From the NCBI GenBank assembly GCA_002840355.1, contig PHAL01000006.1, positions 3,303-67,302 on the forward strand: DNA of 64,000 nucleotides, written 5' to 3'. A program made the translations under genes and the position numbers. The first letter of the stretch is position 1; every line of letters begins with the position of its first letter. Shown one piece after another: positions 18,400 to 25,829 of the stretch. Below the pieces are notes generated by a model. The model ran no database searches and was not told the DNA's origin. It was given only the letters and a program-made list of their open reading frames with translations. Source of the DNA: Elusimicrobia bacterium HGW-Elusimicrobia-3 (lineage in GTDB: Bacteria > Elusimicrobiota > Elusimicrobia > Elusimicrobiales > UBA9959).

Positions 18400-19590
18400 T
18401 TAGAACTTGAAGGTGAGGCCGATGTCGTAGGCGTCCTCGGAGAGCTCGGACTCCAGCGTGATCGTGCCGGAGCTATCCGTCTCTTTTATCGTCTTGGCCA
18501 GGGCTTTCTTGTAACCGAGGTTCAGGGCGAACCTGGGCGAGAACTCGTAGCCGGCGCCCAGGGTCAGGTGATGCTCGGTCACGCCGGGAAAGCCGATGAC
18601 GCGGAAATACTCGTAGCCGAAGGTGCTCATGGACGTACCCTGGATGTCGGTGTTGCCCATCGAGTTGAAGTTCTGATGCTCTTTCACCGGGCTCTTGCCG
18701 TAATTCCAGCCGGCGCGCAGCGTCAGCTTGTCGGTGGCCTTGTTCTGCACGCCCACCGCGTACACGGTCTGGGACTCCCAGTCGAAGTCCTTGTAACCGT
18801 CGGCATTGGCCCAGTCCAGGTACTTGATCTCGGCTGAGAAAAGCCACTTATCGAGGCCCTTGTAGGCCGCGCCGGCCGCGTACTGGGCGGGGTTCTCCAG
18901 CTTCAGGTCGTCGATGGCGCCCGCGGAGTCAAAGTCGTAAATGCGCTTATGCTCCACGTTCTGCGGGGTAACGTAAGTGGCGCCGAAAGCCCAATCGCCC
19001 ATAGCGTAGGCGGCGCCCAGGCGCAGGCCCATGGCGTAATTGTGGGAAAGGCCGCTGCCGAAATCGGCCGCCTGATAGTCTATGTCGAGGCCCGCGCCGT
19101 AAGAGAGGTTTCCGCTCTTGTAGGCAACGGCGGGCACGAATTTCATTACGGACACCTTGGTATTGGTATCCATGGGGTCCTTATTCCGGTAATCGACGCC
19201 CATGCCGGACACGCCGTAGGCGGCTATGCCGAAGGTCACTTTTTCGTTGACCGGGGTGGACAGGCCGATGGCCGGGATAGCGTAGTCCGCGTCCTGGCTT
19301 TCAGCGTTCCAGTTGCCGGGCATGCCGCCGCCGGACGGGGCCAGCACCGTGGCCTTCACCGTGGGGGCGAACACCGTGCCCGCGAAGTTGAACTGCGAAC
19401 CCTCTATCTGCGAGAGCGCCGCAGGGTTGGAGAAGATGGCGCTGATGGCGTCCTGCGGGGCCGCTATGCCGGTGCCGCCCATCGCGCGCGAGGTGGGGCC
19501 CACGCCGATAAGGTTGTCGCCGTTGGTAGCGTAACCGTTCGCCGCGAAGGCGGCCACTAACACCGCCGCTAACAGTTTGGATCTTTTCAT
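18400..19590 (-). CDS. FadL/TodX (OMPP1) family outer-membrane transporter for hydrophobic compounds
   Basis: Signal peptide, then the hatch-domain motif NGDNLIGVGPTSRAMGGTGIAAPQDAISAIFSNPAAL. Beta-barrel pattern with C-terminal GLTFKF. Confidence 0.8.
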   Translation of the reverse strand: MKRSKLLAAVLVAAFAANGYATNGDNLIGVGPTSRAMGGTGIAAPQDAISAIFSNPAALSQIEGSQFNFAGTVFAPTVKATVLAPSGGGMPGNWNAESQDADYAIPAIGLSTPVNEKVTFGIAAYGVSGMGVDYRNKDPMDTNTKVSVMKFVPAVAYKSGNLSYGAGLDIDYQAADFGSGLSHNYAMGLRLGAAYAMGDWAFGATYVTPQNVEHKRIYDFDSAGAIDDLKLENPAQYAAGAAYKGLDKWLFSAEIKYLDWANADGYKDFDWESQTVYAVGVQNKATDKLTLRAGWNYGKSPVKEHQNFNSMGNTDIQGTSMSTFGYEYFRVIGFPGVTEHHLTLGAGYEFSPRFALNLGYKKALAKTIKETDSSGTITLESELSEDAYDIGLTFKF

Positions 19591-19615
19591 TTAACCTCCG
19601 TGAATTTTTCCGAAA

Positions 19616-20167
19616 TTATATGAACAGCGAAGACTTGCTGCTGCCGGCCTCGGCCAGGAACTTGCCCACGCCGGCGCTCTTGAGATTCGGGTAGTCCACC
19701 ATCTCCTCCATCTTGTAGCCCATCAGGTCCATGCTCATCTGGCAGACGTAGATCTGCACGCCGGAGTCGGCGGCGGTCTTCATCAGCTGCTCCAGGCTCA
19801 TCACGTTGTGCTTCTTCATGATGGACTTGATCATGGCCTTGCCCATGCCGCCCATGTTCATCTGGCTGAGCTTGGTGCCGGCCGCCCCGTTGGGCAGCAT
19901 CAGCTCGAACATCTTGGAGACCGTGTCCTTGGAGACGGTCTTCTTCGGGTCCTTCAGGGCCGGGATGGACCAGAAGGTGAAGAACATGACCACCTTCTCG
20001 AACATGGCCGCGGCGCCAGTGGCGATGATGAAAGAAGCGAGGAGTTTATCCATGTCGCCGCTCATCACCACCATCGAGAGCTTGTCCTCGGGCGCGTTGG
20101 CCTTCAATGTTTCCACGTCGGCCTTGAGGGCCGCTACCTGCGCTTCCAGTTCCTTGATTTCCGCCAT
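19616..20167 (-). CDS. DsrE/DsrF-like (DrsE_2, COG2210-type) sulfur-carrier-like protein with N-terminal coiled-coil
   Basis: KLSMVVMSGDMDKLLASFIIATGAAAM and the conserved-Cys context IYVCQMSMDLMG are typical of the DsrE_2 family. The N-terminal ~25 aa are heptad-like (IKELEAQVAALKADVETLK). Confidence 0.65.
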   Translation of the reverse strand: MAEIKELEAQVAALKADVETLKANAPEDKLSMVVMSGDMDKLLASFIIATGAAAMFEKVVMFFTFWSIPALKDPKKTVSKDTVSKMFELMLPNGAAGTKLSQMNMGGMGKAMIKSIMKKHNVMSLEQLMKTAADSGVQIYVCQMSMDLMGYKMEEMVDYPNLKSAGVGKFLAEAGSSKSSLFI

Positions 20168-20176
20168 ATTGTCTCC

Positions 20177-21271
20177 TTATTTGCCTAAAGAAAGCGTGAA
20201 AGCCGTGCCGGCCTCAGCCTCTTTTTTAACGTGCTGAAAATAGACAGCTAGCGGCCTGAAGAAGATGTGTATCCACTTGGTGAACGGCACGATGAGCAGT
20301 ATCCACACCGTCTCTATGGCGATGTTGAAGCGGTACACCTTGGCGAGCAGCGGGTCCCCTGGGCCGTAGGCCACGTTGAGGTAATGGGTGAACAGCAGGC
20401 TCGCGCCGATCAGGAACATCGTCACCACGAACAGCCAGTCGCTCGGGTGCGAGAACTTGGAGGATTCCGCGCTCTTGAACATGCGCCGCAGCGACATGAT
20501 GCCGCCGCCGACGAGGATGGCCAGGCCGGCGTACCAGACCAGCAGGCTCACCGGGCCGAAGGCGCCGTAATGATCGTCCAGCGGCGACAGCAAATGCAGG
20601 TTGGAGATCAGCAGCGTCAGCACATAGCCGCTCATGACCAGCAAATGCGCTATCCAGCGGGTCCAGTCCGTCTCCTCGCAGCCGTTGAAGTTCTTCTGCG
20701 TGAAGCCGTGCACCAGGGTCTCGTAAATGTGCGCGGGCTTGAGCGAGGCCTTTATGCCGCCCAGCGGTTTCACTATCACGTGGCGGTACATGTTGACGAT
20801 ATAGCCGCCCAGCGCTATGGTGACATAGACCGGGAAGGCCAGCTCTATTTTCCCGGCGAGCGCGCCGAAGTCGCCCGTATAGGAGGCGTACAGCCAGTAG
20901 AAAGCCGCCAGCATGCCCAGGGCCAGCCAGGTCTGCAGCCAGCCGTTCTTGTAAAAGATTTTAGAGAGACCGGTGATATCGTATTTGGCGATGAGATAGC
21001 GGCGCAGGGTCATCATGTACTCGCCGGGCTGGGCCTCGCGCGGGCAGGTGGACGAGCACTCGCCGCAATAGTAGCAATGCCAGGGCTCGATGGCGGAGTT
21101 TATTTTCTCCTCCATGCCCACGTGGCCGGCGCGTATCAGCTTGCGCGGAAAGGAGGCGTCCTCTTTGGACAGCGGGCAGACCGCCGTGCAGTTGCCGCAG
21201 TTAAAGCAGGCGGAGATGTCGAAAGCGCCGTACTTTTTTATCTCGTCTATGAGTTCCGGGTTCACCTTCAT
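20177..21271 (-). CDS. QmoC-like subunit: HdrC-like 2x[4Fe-4S] domain fused to HdrE/NarI-like multi-TM (heme b-type) domain
   Basis: CFNCGNCTAVCP and CYYCGECSSTCP motifs in the first ~90 aa, then ~6 TM helices with conserved-looking His residues (MYRHVIV, WIAHLLVMSGY, LFTHYLN, KWIHIFFRP). Confidence 0.75.
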   Translation of the reverse strand: MKVNPELIDEIKKYGAFDISACFNCGNCTAVCPLSKEDASFPRKLIRAGHVGMEEKINSAIEPWHCYYCGECSSTCPREAQPGEYMMTLRRYLIAKYDITGLSKIFYKNGWLQTWLALGMLAAFYWLYASYTGDFGALAGKIELAFPVYVTIALGGYIVNMYRHVIVKPLGGIKASLKPAHIYETLVHGFTQKNFNGCEETDWTRWIAHLLVMSGYVLTLLISNLHLLSPLDDHYGAFGPVSLLVWYAGLAILVGGGIMSLRRMFKSAESSKFSHPSDWLFVVTMFLIGASLLFTHYLNVAYGPGDPLLAKVYRFNIAIETVWILLIVPFTKWIHIFFRPLAVYFQHVKKEAEAGTAFTLSLGK

Positions 21272-21564
21272 TATTTAGCCTCCCCGGCCTTCAGCTCGTA
21301 CTTGGGCCAGTCGCCGCGGCCGGGCACGTCGGAGATCTTGCCGTACTTGCGCAGGCCGGCCACGTACCAGATGGCCAGGTCGTGGGGCAGGCCGGCCGCG
21401 GCCGCCAGCTCGGGCGCCGTCTTGGGCCCCTCTTTCAGAGCGTCGAGGATGGCTTTCTGCGCCTTGTTCTGCGCGGCCACCCGGTCGCGCAGTTCCTGCG
21501 GCACGGGGCCGCGGAGCTCGTTGAGTCTTTTCAGCTGTTCGGCGAGTTTTTTTGCGTCGGCCAT
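21271..21564 (-). CDS. small hypothetical protein (possible winged-helix fold), Cys-free
   Basis: 97 aa, tightly coupled on both sides (1-nt gap upstream, 1-nt overlap downstream). The segment APELAAAAGLPHDLAIWYVAGLRKYGKI resembles a wHTH recognition region. Confidence 0.4.
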   Translation of the reverse strand: MADAKKLAEQLKRLNELRGPVPQELRDRVAAQNKAQKAILDALKEGPKTAPELAAAAGLPHDLAIWYVAGLRKYGKISDVPGRGDWPKYELKAGEAK

Positions 21565-21565
21565 A

Positions 21566-23359
21566 TTATTCCTTGGCGATGGCGTCCACCATCGCGTCGA
21601 ACTGGTCCAGCGTCCAACCGGCCACGTTGATGGCCCGCACGGGGCAGACCGCCACGCAGGCGCCGCAGCCTTTGCACAGCGCCGGGTTCACCACGGCCAC
21701 CTTCTTGCCGTTATGCTCGCCCATCATCAGGGCGCCGTCGTAGGAGCACTCGGGCGGGCACAGGCCGCAGCCGGTGCACTTGTGCTCGTCGACCACGGCG
21801 ACGAAAGGCTCGAGCGGGATATCCGGCTCGGCCAGCAGGATAGCGGCCTTGGCGGCCGCGGTGCCGGCGGCGGCCATGGCCTCGGTGACGTCCATCGGGT
21901 ACTGGGCGGTGCCGGCCACGAAGATGCCGGAGTTGGCCAGTTCCACCGGCCGCAGTTTTAAGTGCACTTCCTGCAGGAAACGGTCCGCGCTCGACGGCAG
22001 CTTCAGCTGGGATTTGATCAGGGAGATGTCGGCCGGCATCATGCCGGTGACCAGCACTACCAGGTCGGCCTTTACCTCCAGCTCTTCGCCCCAGGTCAGC
22101 ACGTCCTTCACCTTAACGGTATGGCCGGTGCGGTCGGAAGCGACTACGGGCTGGTCGGCCTCGTTGTGGCGCATGAACAGCACGCCGTCCTTGGAGGCTT
22201 TGTCGTAATACTCCTCATGCTGCATGCCGTAGGTGCGTATGTCGCGGTAAATATCGTAGACCCGCACGCCGGGATATTTGTCCTTCAACTGGTTGACCGT
22301 GTGCAGGGCGGCGGTGCAGCAGACGCGCGAGCAATAGTCGTTGATCTTGCCGTCGGCCTGGGGCTTGTGCACCCCTTCCACCTGGCGCGAGCCCACGCAA
22401 TGTATCAGGGCCAGGCTCTTTATCTCCTTGCCGGCCAGCGCCAGCCGGCCCGCCGGGGAATTCTTCATCAGCGCTATGAACTCGGGCAGCGTGACCACGT
22501 TGGCGTCCTCGCCGTAACCGAACTCGCCTTTCGCGGGTTTGTAATGCTCGTAGCCCGTGGCCATCACGATGGCGCCGGCTTTCACCTGTTCGGATCTGCC
22601 GTCGGCTTTCTTGAAATTGATCTTAAAGTTGCCCACGAAGCCGCTGACGAAGTCTATGTCGACGGCGGTATGCACGGTGATCCGGCTGTCGGCGCGCACC
22701 AGCGCCTCCAGCTTGCCGGCCACGGCGGCGCCCTCTTCGCCCGACGGGTATAGCCGGCCGAGTTCCAGCAGTTTGCCGCCCAGCGCCGGACCCTTCTCTA
22801 TGATGACGGCCTCGAGCCCTTTGCCCGCGGCCGACAGCGCCGCGCGCATGCCGGCCGCGCCGCCGCCTATCACGGCCACGCGCTGCTCGGCCGCCACGCG
22901 GATGGCGTTGAGCGCGTCCTTGCGCAGCACCTTCTCCACGCCGGCCTGCGCCAGCTTGATGGCCTTGGCGGTGGCGCCGGCCTTGTCGAACTTGTGCACC
23001 CAGCTGGCCTGCTCGCGGATATTGATATGCTCGTGCAGGTAGGGGTTCACGCCGGCGCGCTGCAGTACGTTGCGGAAGGTGAGTTCGTGCAGGCTGGGCG
23101 AGCAGGCCGCCACCACGGTGCGGTTGACGCCCAGGTTCTTTATGTCCTCGGCTATCAGGTCCTGCCCGTTGGAGGAGCACATGAAGGCATACTCGCGGGC
23201 GACCGCCACGCCGGGATACCGGGCCAGCGCCGCGGCCACCGCTTTCACGTCGATGATGTCGGAGATGTTGCCGCCGCAGTGGCAGACGTACACCCCGACC
23301 TTCGGCTCCTGCCGGAAATTATCCTTGGCGGCTTCGTCCCGTGTTTTTTCGTCCATCAC
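21566..23359 (-). CDS. HdrA/QmoB-like FAD and Fe-S flavoprotein (HdrA N-terminal Cys domain + TrxR-like FAD domain + C-terminal 2x[4Fe-4S] ferredoxin domain)
   Basis: VGVYVCHCGGNISDIIDV...FMCSSNGQ...VVAACSP (HdrA N-domain), GGGAAGMRAAL dinucleotide fold, CVGSR...YCSRVCC, and CTGCGLCPPEC / CKGCGACVAVCP. Confidence 0.85.
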   Translation of the reverse strand: MMDEKTRDEAAKDNFRQEPKVGVYVCHCGGNISDIIDVKAVAAALARYPGVAVAREYAFMCSSNGQDLIAEDIKNLGVNRTVVAACSPSLHELTFRNVLQRAGVNPYLHEHINIREQASWVHKFDKAGATAKAIKLAQAGVEKVLRKDALNAIRVAAEQRVAVIGGGAAGMRAALSAAGKGLEAVIIEKGPALGGKLLELGRLYPSGEEGAAVAGKLEALVRADSRITVHTAVDIDFVSGFVGNFKINFKKADGRSEQVKAGAIVMATGYEHYKPAKGEFGYGEDANVVTLPEFIALMKNSPAGRLALAGKEIKSLALIHCVGSRQVEGVHKPQADGKINDYCSRVCCTAALHTVNQLKDKYPGVRVYDIYRDIRTYGMQHEEYYDKASKDGVLFMRHNEADQPVVASDRTGHTVKVKDVLTWGEELEVKADLVVLVTGMMPADISLIKSQLKLPSSADRFLQEVHLKLRPVELANSGIFVAGTAQYPMDVTEAMAAAGTAAAKAAILLAEPDIPLEPFVAVVDEHKCTGCGLCPPECSYDGALMMGEHNGKKVAVVNPALCKGCGACVAVCPVRAINVAGWTLDQFDAMVDAIAKE

Positions 23360-24645
23360 AGTTTCCTCATATAGCTGGCGGCTTCCATCGCGGCCGAGCC
23401 GGCGTCCACCACCGAGTCGGGAATGTCGCGCGGCCCCTTGACCACGCCCGCGGCGAACACGCCGGCCCCGGCCGTGACGGCCGAAGACACCATCTCGTCG
23501 GAAAGCTTCACGAAACCATAGTCGTTGTTCTCCGCGCCGAGGCCGAAAGCGGCCGCGTCATGGCCGGGCACCAGGCCCTGCGACAGCACCACCAGCTCAT
23601 GCTGCACCTCGGCGGGGGCGGAATCCCCCTCCTGCCGCTCTATGCGCAGTATTGGGTTATGCTTCTCGTCCTCGGTGATGCGGGCCACCTTGGCTTTCAC
23701 GAAGTTGATGCCCATGGCCCGGGCGTTGTTGTAGAACTGCTCGTAGCCCTTGCCGAAGGCGCGGATGTCCATGTAGTAAATGGTGATGTCGGCTATCGGC
23801 AGCGACCCGGAGAGCAAAATGGCCTGCTTGATGGCGTACATGCAGCAGACGCGGCTGCAGTAGGGCACGCCTATGCTCTTGTCTCGCGAGCCGGCGCACT
23901 GCACGTAGGCGATGGAGCCGGGCACCATGCCGTCGGAGGGCCGCAGCACGCGGCCGTAGGGGCCGTGCGGCGCCAGCAGGCGCTCGGCGGCCATCGGAGA
24001 GATCACATTGGGCAGTTTGCCCAGGCCGTACTGTTTCTTGGCCGTCATCGGCGTGGTTTCGTAGCCGGTGGCGAGTATTACGGACTTGGCCTTTATCTCC
24101 ACGGGGGCCGGCTCCTGCAGGAACTCTATGCAGTCCTTGGGGCAGGCGCGCGCGCAAGCGCCGCAGCGTATGCAATGCTCGGGGTGCATGACGGGGTACT
24201 GCGGTATCGCGTTGGTAAAGGGTATCGAGATGGTCTTCTTGGCGCCCATGCCCTGCTCGTATTCGTCGGGCAGGTAGACGGGGCAGACCTCTTCGCAGCG
24301 CTTGCACGAGATGCATTCCTTCTCGTCGATATAGCGCGGTTTGCGGGTCACGGAAGCGGTGAAGGATTTGCCCTCGCGCTTTATGGCGTCCACGGTGCTG
24401 TATGTAAGGGTAGTAATGCGCGGGTGATGCGAGACCGAGGCCATGCGCGGGGTGGTGATGCAGCTGGCGCAATCCAGGGTGGGGAACACCTTGCTCAGCG
24501 AGATCATCTTGCCGCCGATGCTGGGCGCTTTCTCGACTATCGCCACGGAGTAACCCTGGTCGGCCAGGTCCAGCGCGCTCTGCAGCCCGGCGATGCCCGA
24601 GCCCACCACCAGCGTGTCCACTTCTATCTTTTCAATGTCGCTCAT
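23356..24645 (-). CDS. HdrA/QmoA-like FAD flavoprotein with inserted 2x[4Fe-4S] ferredoxin domain
   Basis: VVGSGIAGLQSALDLA...VEKAPSIGGKM...LDCASCI (HdrA signature), inserted CISCKRCEEVCP / CIRCGACARACP, and CAGSRD...YCSRVCC. Confidence 0.85.
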   Translation of the reverse strand: MSDIEKIEVDTLVVGSGIAGLQSALDLADQGYSVAIVEKAPSIGGKMISLSKVFPTLDCASCITTPRMASVSHHPRITTLTYSTVDAIKREGKSFTASVTRKPRYIDEKECISCKRCEEVCPVYLPDEYEQGMGAKKTISIPFTNAIPQYPVMHPEHCIRCGACARACPKDCIEFLQEPAPVEIKAKSVILATGYETTPMTAKKQYGLGKLPNVISPMAAERLLAPHGPYGRVLRPSDGMVPGSIAYVQCAGSRDKSIGVPYCSRVCCMYAIKQAILLSGSLPIADITIYYMDIRAFGKGYEQFYNNARAMGINFVKAKVARITEDEKHNPILRIERQEGDSAPAEVQHELVVLSQGLVPGHDAAAFGLGAENNDYGFVKLSDEMVSSAVTAGAGVFAAGVVKGPRDIPDSVVDAGSAAMEAASYMRKL

Positions 24646-25019
24646 ACGGCGGCCACCGCCTTTTCCATTTCGGAGATTTCCTTCAGGAAGGCCGCGCGGC
24701 AGACCGTGCAGATAGTGGTCAGCTTGAGCCGGTTGGCGGCTATGCCCTTGGCCCGCATCTGCTCGTAAACCCGGGCCACGCGTTTGGAGAGCCGCTCGTA
24801 GGCGCCCTCATAAGGACAATCCGAGCCCGAGGACATGATGATGATGCCCCCGATGCCCCTGTCGAAAGCCCGCAGGTAGAAATCCTCCGGGAACATCACC
24901 GGGTCCGGCACGCGTATGATATAAGTGTTGGCGCTGTACCCCATCCGGGCCTGCCCCACCGCGTCCGCCCCCGGATAAGAGCTGTGGTTAGTAGTAATAA
25001 TCAGTATTTTTTTTGACAT
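24642..25019 (-). CDS. MvhD/FlpD-like (hydrogenase delta-subunit-like) protein with degenerate cluster-binding cysteines
   Basis: The family-like backbone is kept (KILIITTNHSSYPGADAVG...IIRVP...FYLRAFDRGIGGIIIMSSGSDCPYEGAYE..RV...M...GI...RLKL), but most positions usually occupied by Cys are T/H/S/P. Confidence 0.6.
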   Translation of the reverse strand: MSKKILIITTNHSSYPGADAVGQARMGYSANTYIIRVPDPVMFPEDFYLRAFDRGIGGIIIMSSGSDCPYEGAYERLSKRVARVYEQMRAKGIAANRLKLTTICTVCRAAFLKEISEMEKAVAAV

Positions 25020-25060
25020 GCTAAAAAGTACCGTTCAAGAAAGACTTGCCGTCTCTCGGA

Positions 25061-25191
25061 GGTGAGGCAGGGTCATGGGTTCCGAGGGCCCTCACGGAAG
25101 GCGAGGCTTGCGTAGCGCCGAGCCTGAGTGAGGAGGGGCGGCCACGGTGTGGCCGACCCCGTGCCCGAGTGTCCCATGACCCTGCCTCACC
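25061..25191. repeat. 131 bp intergenic element with perfect 19 bp terminal inverted repeats (copy A)
   Basis: ggtgaggcagggtcatggg (25061-25079) and cccatgaccctgcctcacc (25173-25191) are exact reverse complements. An internal palindrome ggccacggtgtggcc is present. Homologous in reverse orientation to 4447..4574. Confidence 0.65.
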
Positions 25192-25227
25192 GACTCCGCA
25201 TCTCGCGGATCAAGATAGTGGTTCGAC

Positions 25228-25473
25228 TTACTTCTTACGGGTCACAAACAGGGAATCATATCCGTCGCGTTCGAGCACGCCCATGTACTCGTGGCCGGAC
25301 TTGCCGCACCACGCGGGGATGTCCTCGCGGCTGCCCTTGTCGCCGGACTGTATCTCCAGCACGCCGCCCACCGGCACGCCGGCTATCCCCTTCTTCGCTT
25401 CTAGCAGCGGGCCGGGGCAGGCCATCGAGCGGGCATCCACCACTTTCGCGGGTTTTATCTGGCTAAGGTCCAT
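25228..25473 (-). CDS. TusA/SirA-family sulfurtransferase
   Basis: CPxP active-site motif (ARSMACPGPLLEAKK) and a two-layer alpha/beta sandwich-size protein (81 aa). Start at MDLSQIK has a GGAGGA RBS. Confidence 0.8.
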   Translation of the reverse strand: MDLSQIKPAKVVDARSMACPGPLLEAKKGIAGVPVGGVLEIQSGDKGSREDIPAWCGKSGHEYMGVLERDGYDSLFVTRKK

Positions 25474-25490
25474 ATATCCTCCGTTAACTC

Positions 25491-25793
25491 TCAAAGGTCG
25501 AAATTAGGGCAATAGAGCTTCTTGATCCTGGAGACAAGCTCCTCCAGGTTGGGGTCTTTGATGCTATAGAAGATGCGGTTGCCGTCGCGGCGCTTCTGTA
25601 TAAGGCCGCGGTCGGCAAGGACGCGCAGGTGCTGCGAGATGTTCCCCTTGGTCGTGCCGAGCTTTTCGATAACCTCGTGCACGAACATTTCCCTCTTCAA
25701 CAGCATACAAATTATCATAAGCCGGGAGGGATGCGCAATACAGGACAGCATACCCGCTATCCCCTCCGCCTTGGCCTGCATCGTCTTGTTCAT
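25491..25793 (-). CDS. ArsR/SmtB-family transcriptional regulator (candidate thiol/persulfide-responsive type)
   Basis: wHTH region HPSRLMIICMLLKREMFVHEVIEKLGTTKGNISQHLRVLADRGLIQKRRDGNRIFYSI. Cys in alpha2 (IICML) and near the C-terminus (LYCPN). Start is uncertain: 25793, 25781 or the ORF-track 25835. Confidence 0.75.
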   Translation of the reverse strand: MNKTMQAKAEGIAGMLSCIAHPSRLMIICMLLKREMFVHEVIEKLGTTKGNISQHLRVLADRGLIQKRRDGNRIFYSIKDPNLEELVSRIKKLYCPNFDL

Positions 25794-25797
25794 GTAT

Positions 25798-25829
25798 AGT
25801 AGTTTAGCAGGTACTAAACTAGTTGTCAA
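25798..25829 (-). promoter_or_regulatory. candidate promoter (TTGACA-17-TAAACT) overlapped by an inverted repeat operator (TAGTTTAG-6-CTAAACTA)
   Basis: Minus strand reads TTGACA actagtttagtacctgc TAAACT actatac ATG. The 8 bp perfect inverted repeat (10 bp with one mismatch) fills the spacer and -10 region. Confidence 0.4.
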
